64,000 bases of DNA from an uncultured Poribacteria bacterium (GTDB lineage Bacteria > Poribacteria > WGA-4E > WGA-3G), in contig OX638351.1 in assembly GCA_951813565.1 (NCBI GenBank), forward strand, positions 1,888,001-1,952,000, in the 5' to 3' direction. The position numbers and the translations under genes are program-made. Positions 59,534-64,000 of the stretch are shown piece after piece. The number at the start of each line of letters is the position of its first letter. The stretch's first letter is position 1. The notes under the pieces were generated by a model. That model saw only the letters and a program-made list of their open reading frames with translations, did no database searches and had not been told where the DNA came from.

Positions 59534-61036
59534 TTATAATAGCAGCCCTTGTTGCGCCATTTCAATAGCAGTGAGCATTGCCCATGCCTTACTGACGGTT
59601 TCATAATACTCATTTTCAGGCACTGAATCAGCAACGACACCGCCGCCCGCTTGCACATAGGCAACACCATCTTTGATAACCGCAGTTCGGATCGTAATCG
59701 CTGTGTCCGCACTACCAGAAAAACTGAAATAGCCAACTGCCCCACCATAAGGACCACGACGTGTCGGTTCCAGTTCGTCAATGATCTCCATTGCGCGTAT
59801 TTTTGGTGCGCCAGAGAGTGTGCCTGCGGGGAGGCATGCCCGAATAACATCAAAAGCGGAAAGATTATCACGCAGTTTTCCAATAACATGCGATACGATG
59901 TGCATCACGTGTGAAAACTTTTCAACTATCATCAGATCGGTTACTTCAACGGTATGGTATTCACACACACGCCCGAGGTCATTTCGCCCTAAATCGACAA
60001 GCATGACATGCTCTGCGCGTTCCTTCGGATCAGCAAGGAGTTCTTGTTCCAATTCAATATCCTCTTCTGTGGTCTTTCCGCGCGGGCGTGTTCCGGCAAT
60101 CGGAACAGTCTGGACAAATCCATCTTCCACACGCACCATCATCTCTGGCGATGCCCCAACAATGTCAAAGCTATCAAATTTTAGGTAATACATATAAGGC
60201 GATGGATTCACCACCCGCAATGCACGATAAATATCGAACGAGTCAACGGATACCGGACGGCTAAACCGCTGTGAAGTTACAACCTGTATGATGTCACCTG
60301 CGGCAATATATTCTTTGGCGCGCCGTACAACGTTTTCGTAAGCAGCCTTTGTGAAATTTGAAGGCGGGTCAGGCACAGTTTCAGCAGGACTACCTGAACG
60401 ATCATCCGTCCTATTTACTAAATGCACTTCAGAAGTAGATGTCAGTTTTCCAACCATTGCGTCAATTTTGCCAACAGCATTGGCGTAAGCAGCATCTAAA
60501 TCCCCATCAATGTGTGCATTTGCCACAACTTTAATTTGATGATTTACATGATCAAAGATCAGAATTGTCTCTGCAATCATAAAAAAGCAATCGGGAAGTT
60601 GCAGTTCATCTTCGGTATCATCTGGCAATTCTTCCACGAAACGTACCATATCGTAACTCATAAAACCGACAGCACCGCCGTGGAACTGTGGTAAACCGTC
60701 AACACTGACAGGTTGATAATTCTGCATTACCTCTTCCAAGGCTTTCAGCGGGTCTTCATACTCCGTAGACACCTTTTCACCTTTTTCCAAATACTCAATG
60801 GTAACCTGATGTCCTTTGCTCTGGAAAAGGACGGACGGTTGGCTCCCCAAAAATGAGTAGCGCGCAACGGTTTCACCACCTTCAACGCTCTCTAATAAAA
60901 ACGCGTAATCATTGGGCATCAATTTGTAGAAGGCGGACACCGGTGTCTCCATATCTGCCAAAATTGGGCGATATACCGGTATCGTGTTGCCTGTTTTCGC
61001 TTTTTCCTTAAATTCCTCCAAAGTCGGATAATACAT
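59534..61036 (-). CDS. trpE: Anthranilate synthase component I
   Basis: FLLES Trp-feedback motif, NPSPYM, PIAGTR, KERAEHVMLVDLGRND, GAPKIRAM. Confidence 0.95.
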   Translation of the reverse strand: MYYPTLEEFKEKAKTGNTIPVYRPILADMETPVSAFYKLMPNDYAFLLESVEGGETVARYSFLGSQPSVLFQSKGHQVTIEYLEKGEKVSTEYEDPLKALEEVMQNYQPVSVDGLPQFHGGAVGFMSYDMVRFVEELPDDTEDELQLPDCFFMIAETILIFDHVNHQIKVVANAHIDGDLDAAYANAVGKIDAMVGKLTSTSEVHLVNRTDDRSGSPAETVPDPPSNFTKAAYENVVRRAKEYIAAGDIIQVVTSQRFSRPVSVDSFDIYRALRVVNPSPYMYYLKFDSFDIVGASPEMMVRVEDGFVQTVPIAGTRPRGKTTEEDIELEQELLADPKERAEHVMLVDLGRNDLGRVCEYHTVEVTDLMIVEKFSHVMHIVSHVIGKLRDNLSAFDVIRACLPAGTLSGAPKIRAMEIIDELEPTRRGPYGGAVGYFSFSGSADTAITIRTAVIKDGVAYVQAGGGVVADSVPENEYYETVSKAWAMLTAIEMAQQGLLL

Positions 61037-61088
61037 TGAATAACTCCTTTTCGTATCCTTAACATCAAAATCTATTCTCTAAGTCCTT

Positions 61089-61181
61089 ATACCAAATTAA
61101 CAGTATTCCACCAATCTATAAGTGCGGTTAGGAAACCGCACCTACCGTCCAAAAATAAGATAAATCGCGTTAATTTGGTAT
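61089..61181. mobile_element. MITE-like element, TIR ATACCAAATTAA...TTAATTTGGTAT, with REP GTGCGGTTAGGAAACCGCACCTAC
   Basis: Same TIR as 3530-3620 but a different internal REP. Confidence 0.65.
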
Positions 61182-61288
61182 TACACCGTAAGGTAACAAA
61201 CACTGTTCTTTGTTATATCAATGGTAGGCAACCCAATTATGCAATTCCTGATCTGATGCCAAGGGACGAAAGTTAGGAATATCACAGT

Positions 61289-61669
61289 CTAATAGACAGC
61301 ATCAGCATCAAAAATCTTTTCACCCACCACATTTGTTGACTCACCATCGGAGGAGACTTCCCGAAAGAAGCAGGAGCGATAGCCGGTATGGCACGCTGCC
61401 ACCTTCTGCTCAACCTTTATGAGCAAGGCATCGCCGTCACAATCAACTGCTACAGACTCAACAGTCTGTGTATGCCCTGAAGTCTCCCCCTTTATCCACA
61501 ACTTTTGGCGGGAACGACTCCAGAAGCAGACACGACCAGTCGACAGTGTTTGTTCGATCGCTTCAGCGTTCATATAACCAACCATCAGCACTTCGTTATT
61601 TGTCTGATCCTGAATTACTGCGGCGACCAAACCATCGCTATCATATTTTAGTTCCGATAAAAATTTCAT
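61289..61669 (-). CDS. hisI: Phosphoribosyl-AMP cyclohydrolase
   Basis: [32 protein letters not shown]. Confidence 0.96.
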   Translation of the reverse strand: MKFLSELKYDSDGLVAAVIQDQTNNEVLMVGYMNAEAIEQTLSTGRVCFWSRSRQKLWIKGETSGHTQTVESVAVDCDGDALLIKVEQKVAACHTGYRSCFFREVSSDGESTNVVGEKIFDADAVY

Positions 61670-61689
61670 AGTTTCTCCTTCGTCATATT

Positions 61690-61733
61690 AAAAACAAAAA
61701 ACCTTATGCCACTGAGGTTCGTGTGCATAAGGC
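61690..61733 (-). terminator. Attenuator terminator upstream of hisI
   Basis: Minus strand CCTTATGCAC-ACGAACCTCA-GTGGCATAAGG followed by TTTTTTGTTTTT. Confidence 0.85.
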
Positions 61734-61773
61734 TTAATAAGTAACATCAAAAATAAAATAGATCGAATTTTGC

Positions 61774-61869
61774 TTAGCGCGCACACTCCTCTTTAATGGA
61801 ATTGGAACGCCACCAATGCCAATAATTGAATATGCTATGCAAGTTGGAGTGTGAACGGGTATATTTCAT
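61774..61869 (-). CDS. Leader peptide MKYTRSHSNLHSIFNYWHWWRSNSIKEECAR (trpL-like, also His-containing)
   Basis: 31 codons with TGG-CAT-TGG-TGG, between a promoter and a terminator, upstream of hisI-trpE-trpG. Confidence 0.85.
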   Translation of the reverse strand: MKYTRSHSNLHSIFNYWHWWRSNSIKEECAR

Positions 61870-61925
61870 TTTTTAGGTCTTCGTAGTCAAAGTTCTCTTA
61901 CATATCATTTACAGCGATTTTTAAT

Positions 61926-61954
61926 ATAATACCACATTTAGATTCTATATGCAA
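61926..61954 (-). promoter_or_regulatory. Sigma70-type promoter for the leader-hisI-trpE-trpG unit
   Basis: TTGCAT-17-TATTAT with an extended -10 TG. Confidence 0.65.
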
Positions 61955-61972
61955 ATAAATTTAGAATTTTCT

Positions 61973-62086
61973 TATAGTGAAATGCATAATTATCTTGATA
62001 TTGGCGAGGTTAGGAAACCTCGCCAGCGCGAGTGTGTGGGAATTGTTATTCATTGAAATGTGAACATATTTTCGGATTTTACTATA
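61973..62086. mobile_element. TATAGT-family MITE carrying REP GCGAGGTTAGGAAACCTCGC
   Basis: TATAGTGAAAT...GATTTTACTATA ends. Confidence 0.7.
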
Positions 62087-62099
62087 AACCCATTTAGCT

Positions 62100-62765
62100 T
62101 CAGTTATTGACGAACTTCCTCATGGGCATTTCCCCATCCCATTCCAACGGACGGTTCTCTAAATACGGACGCAGCAGCTCTCGAAGACGTCGATGCGCAT
62201 GATGCAAGTGTGTTTTGACCGTTCCTTCTGATCGATCTATGAGGACCGCAATCTCTTTAATCTGAAGTTTCTGATCATACCGCAATCTGAAAACACGTCG
62301 CTGTTTCGGAGCAAGTTGATTTACCGCCTTGCCAATAATGTCTCCGAGTTCCTCCATCTCAATTAGATGAGATGGAGATGGATACTTGCTAATCAGCATC
62401 AACTCCTCCGGACCTCCCGTTAATTCTTCAAATGCAACAGTTTTCCTCCTGCTCTGTTGCCGTAAAAAATCAATACAGCAATTCATGGCGATGCGGTAAA
62501 GCCAACTATAAAAAGCAGATTCACGTTTAAATTCCGGTAACGCCTTAAAGGCTTTCAAGAACACTTCTTGACAGAGGTCTTTTGTCGTTTCAGCGTCGTT
62601 AATATGTCTGTAAATAAGTTTTGCAATGCGGGTCTGATATTTCAGTACGAGTGTGTTAAAAGCACCTATATCACCGTTTTGGAATCGGGTTACTAACTCA
62701 TGTTCATCAATTAATTCTAATTCATCGGCAGATGGCAAATCTAAATGTCTTTTTGTGTCTGGCAT
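62100..62765 (-). CDS. ECF sigma factor (RpoE/SigW-like)
   Basis: DLCQEVFLKAF..FYSWLYRIAMN, EIAVLIDRSEGTVKTHLHHA; no anti-sigma gene downstream. Confidence 0.9.
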   Translation of the reverse strand: MPDTKRHLDLPSADELELIDEHELVTRFQNGDIGAFNTLVLKYQTRIAKLIYRHINDAETTKDLCQEVFLKAFKALPEFKRESAFYSWLYRIAMNCCIDFLRQQSRRKTVAFEELTGGPEELMLISKYPSPSHLIEMEELGDIIGKAVNQLAPKQRRVFRLRYDQKLQIKEIAVLIDRSEGTVKTHLHHAHRRLRELLRPYLENRPLEWDGEMPMRKFVNN

Positions 62766-62914
62766 TCTAATTCTCCATAATGGGTGCGAACATTTTTGGG
62801 CTAATTGGACAAATGCGCAAGTGTGAATAACTTTATGTACTGCCACCGGAAATTCGGGCCACTCTCTAAGACAAGATTATGGTATAATATCCATCTACTT
62901 GAAAGGAGTATCCG

Positions 62915-63205
62915 ATGGCGAAACGAAAACGAAGAAACTTCACTCCCGAGTTTAAAGCCGAAGTTGTTCTTGAGGCACTGAGCGGTCAAAGTTCCCAAGC
63001 AGAAGTGTGTCGGCGACATAGCCTCAGCGATGAACAACTTTCAAAGTGGAAGCGACAGCTTCTTGAAAATGCGGCGACCCTCTTTGAACCCGCTGATAAA
63101 CAGTCTGATGCCTCTGCGGATCGGATCGCCCAACTTGAGCAACTCGTTGGGCGGTTGACCCTGGCACTTGACATCCAAAAAAAAGCCTCAACTTACTTGA
63201 GTTGA
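62915..63205 (+). CDS. IS3 transposase OrfA
   Basis: RRNFTPEFKAEVV..AEVCRRH..LSKWK. Confidence 0.9.
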   Translation: MAKRKRRNFTPEFKAEVVLEALSGQSSQAEVCRRHSLSDEQLSKWKRQLLENAATLFEPADKQSDASADRIAQLEQLVGRLTLALDIQKKASTYLS

Positions 63206-63210
63206 CCCCG

Positions 63211-64000
63211 ATGGAGCAGCGAGAAATGGTTGAAGCATTACGGATAGACTTTTCGGTTCGGCAGATATGTGAGACGCTCGGTTTCAACCGAAGCAATCTC
63301 TATTATCACCCCAAGCAGGACCCGTGTGAAGCGGGCCTCCGGGATGAAATAGAGAAGTTATCTTTGCTATATCCAACATACGGATATAGACGTATCACAC
63401 AGTTGTTAGTGCGTGGCGGATACACCATCGGGTATAAGCGTGTTGCCCGATTGATGAAATCCGCCAACCTCTCGGTTTCTGTCAAACGTGTCTGTCAAAC
63501 CACGACATCCGTTGCGGGTGTGCGTCCCTGGGGTAATCGCCTTGAAAACCTTGATGTCTCCCGATGTGATCAGGTCTGGGTAGGCGATATTACCTACGTC
63601 CGTCTCAAAGGACACTTCATCTATGTTTGTCTGCTCATGGATGTCTTCACTCGCATGATCAGGGGGTGGCATATCAGTCGACACTTGACGCAATCTCTGG
63701 CGTTGAAACCCTTAGAGACAGCATTATGTCAAAGTGTTCCAGAGATCCATCATTCTGATCAAGGCGTTCAGTATCTTTCAGATGCGTATATCTCACTGCT
63801 TAGGTATCATGGGATAGAGATTTCAGTCGCCCGAAGAGGGTGTCCTTGGGAGAACGGATATGCTGAAAGACTTATCCGCACGCTCAAGGAAGAAGAAGTT
63901 CATCTCAACGCCTATGAGGACATCCACGAAGCGAGAGCCCGCATTGGGCATTTTATTACGCAAGTGTATAATCACAAACGCCCTCATTCAGCGTTAGGGT
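63211..64000 (+). CDS. IS3 transposase OrfB (-1 frame, truncated by the window edge)
   Basis: YGYRRI, WVGDITY, HHSDQGVQY, WENGYAER..TLKEE, YNHKRPHSALG. Confidence 0.9.
   Translation, partial: MEQREMVEALRIDFSVRQICETLGFNRSNLYYHPKQDPCEAGLRDEIEKLSLLYPTYGYRRITQLLVRGGYTIGYKRVARLMKSANLSVSVKRVCQTTTSVAGVRPWGNRLENLDVSRCDQVWVGDITYVRLKGHFIYVCLLMDVFTRMIRGWHISRHLTQSLALKPLETALCQSVPEIHHSDQGVQYLSDAYISLLRYHGIEISVARRGCPWENGYAERLIRTLKEEEVHLNAYEDIHEARARIGHFITQVYNHKRPHSALG

Larger units (their letters stand above)
62836..64000 (+). mobile_element. IS3-family insertion sequence (right end outside window)
   Basis: Left IR TGTACTGCCACCGGAAATTCGGGCCA; orfA HTH; A8G slippery site 63177-63185; orfB with DDE motifs. 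Confidence 0.92.

Overview
A 64-kb bacterial chromosomal window of moderate GC. The gene mix (ECF sigma-WD40 fusion, DUF6785-like membrane protein, AAA/PD-(D/E)XK and Rpn proteins, many toxin-antitoxin modules, Stf0 sulfotransferase) resembles Candidatus Poribacteria, but that assignment is inference only. Housekeeping genes: fumC, a stand-alone rpoB-rpoC, a stand-alone fusA, degP, tRNA-Pro(GGG), hom-yceD-rpmF-fabH-fabD-fabG-acpP-fabF-folK, sucC and sucD (9 kb apart), pgk, proS, panB and hisI-trpE-trpG. An IS3 element is cut by the right edge. Main observations: (1) RpoC has a ~600-aa trigger-loop insertion built from ~13 tandem copies of a motif resembling its own clamp segment, plus a 4-Cys N-terminal insert and a diverged F-loop, and RpoB differs at several rifampicin-pocket residues. 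(2) An unannotated leader peptide (..H..H..YWHWWR) with alternative hairpins and a terminator precedes the mixed hisI-trpE-trpG operon, a candidate joint His/Trp attenuator. (3) Intergenic DNA holds layered small mobile elements: GTAG-type REP hairpins, several TIR-bounded shells carrying interchangeable REPs, a ~35-nt AATCAA-hairpin element inserted into REPs, and a nested insertion of four elements with target duplications at 27.1-28.7 kb. (4) Five toxin-type genes are disrupted while partner antitoxin ORFs and housekeeping genes appear intact.
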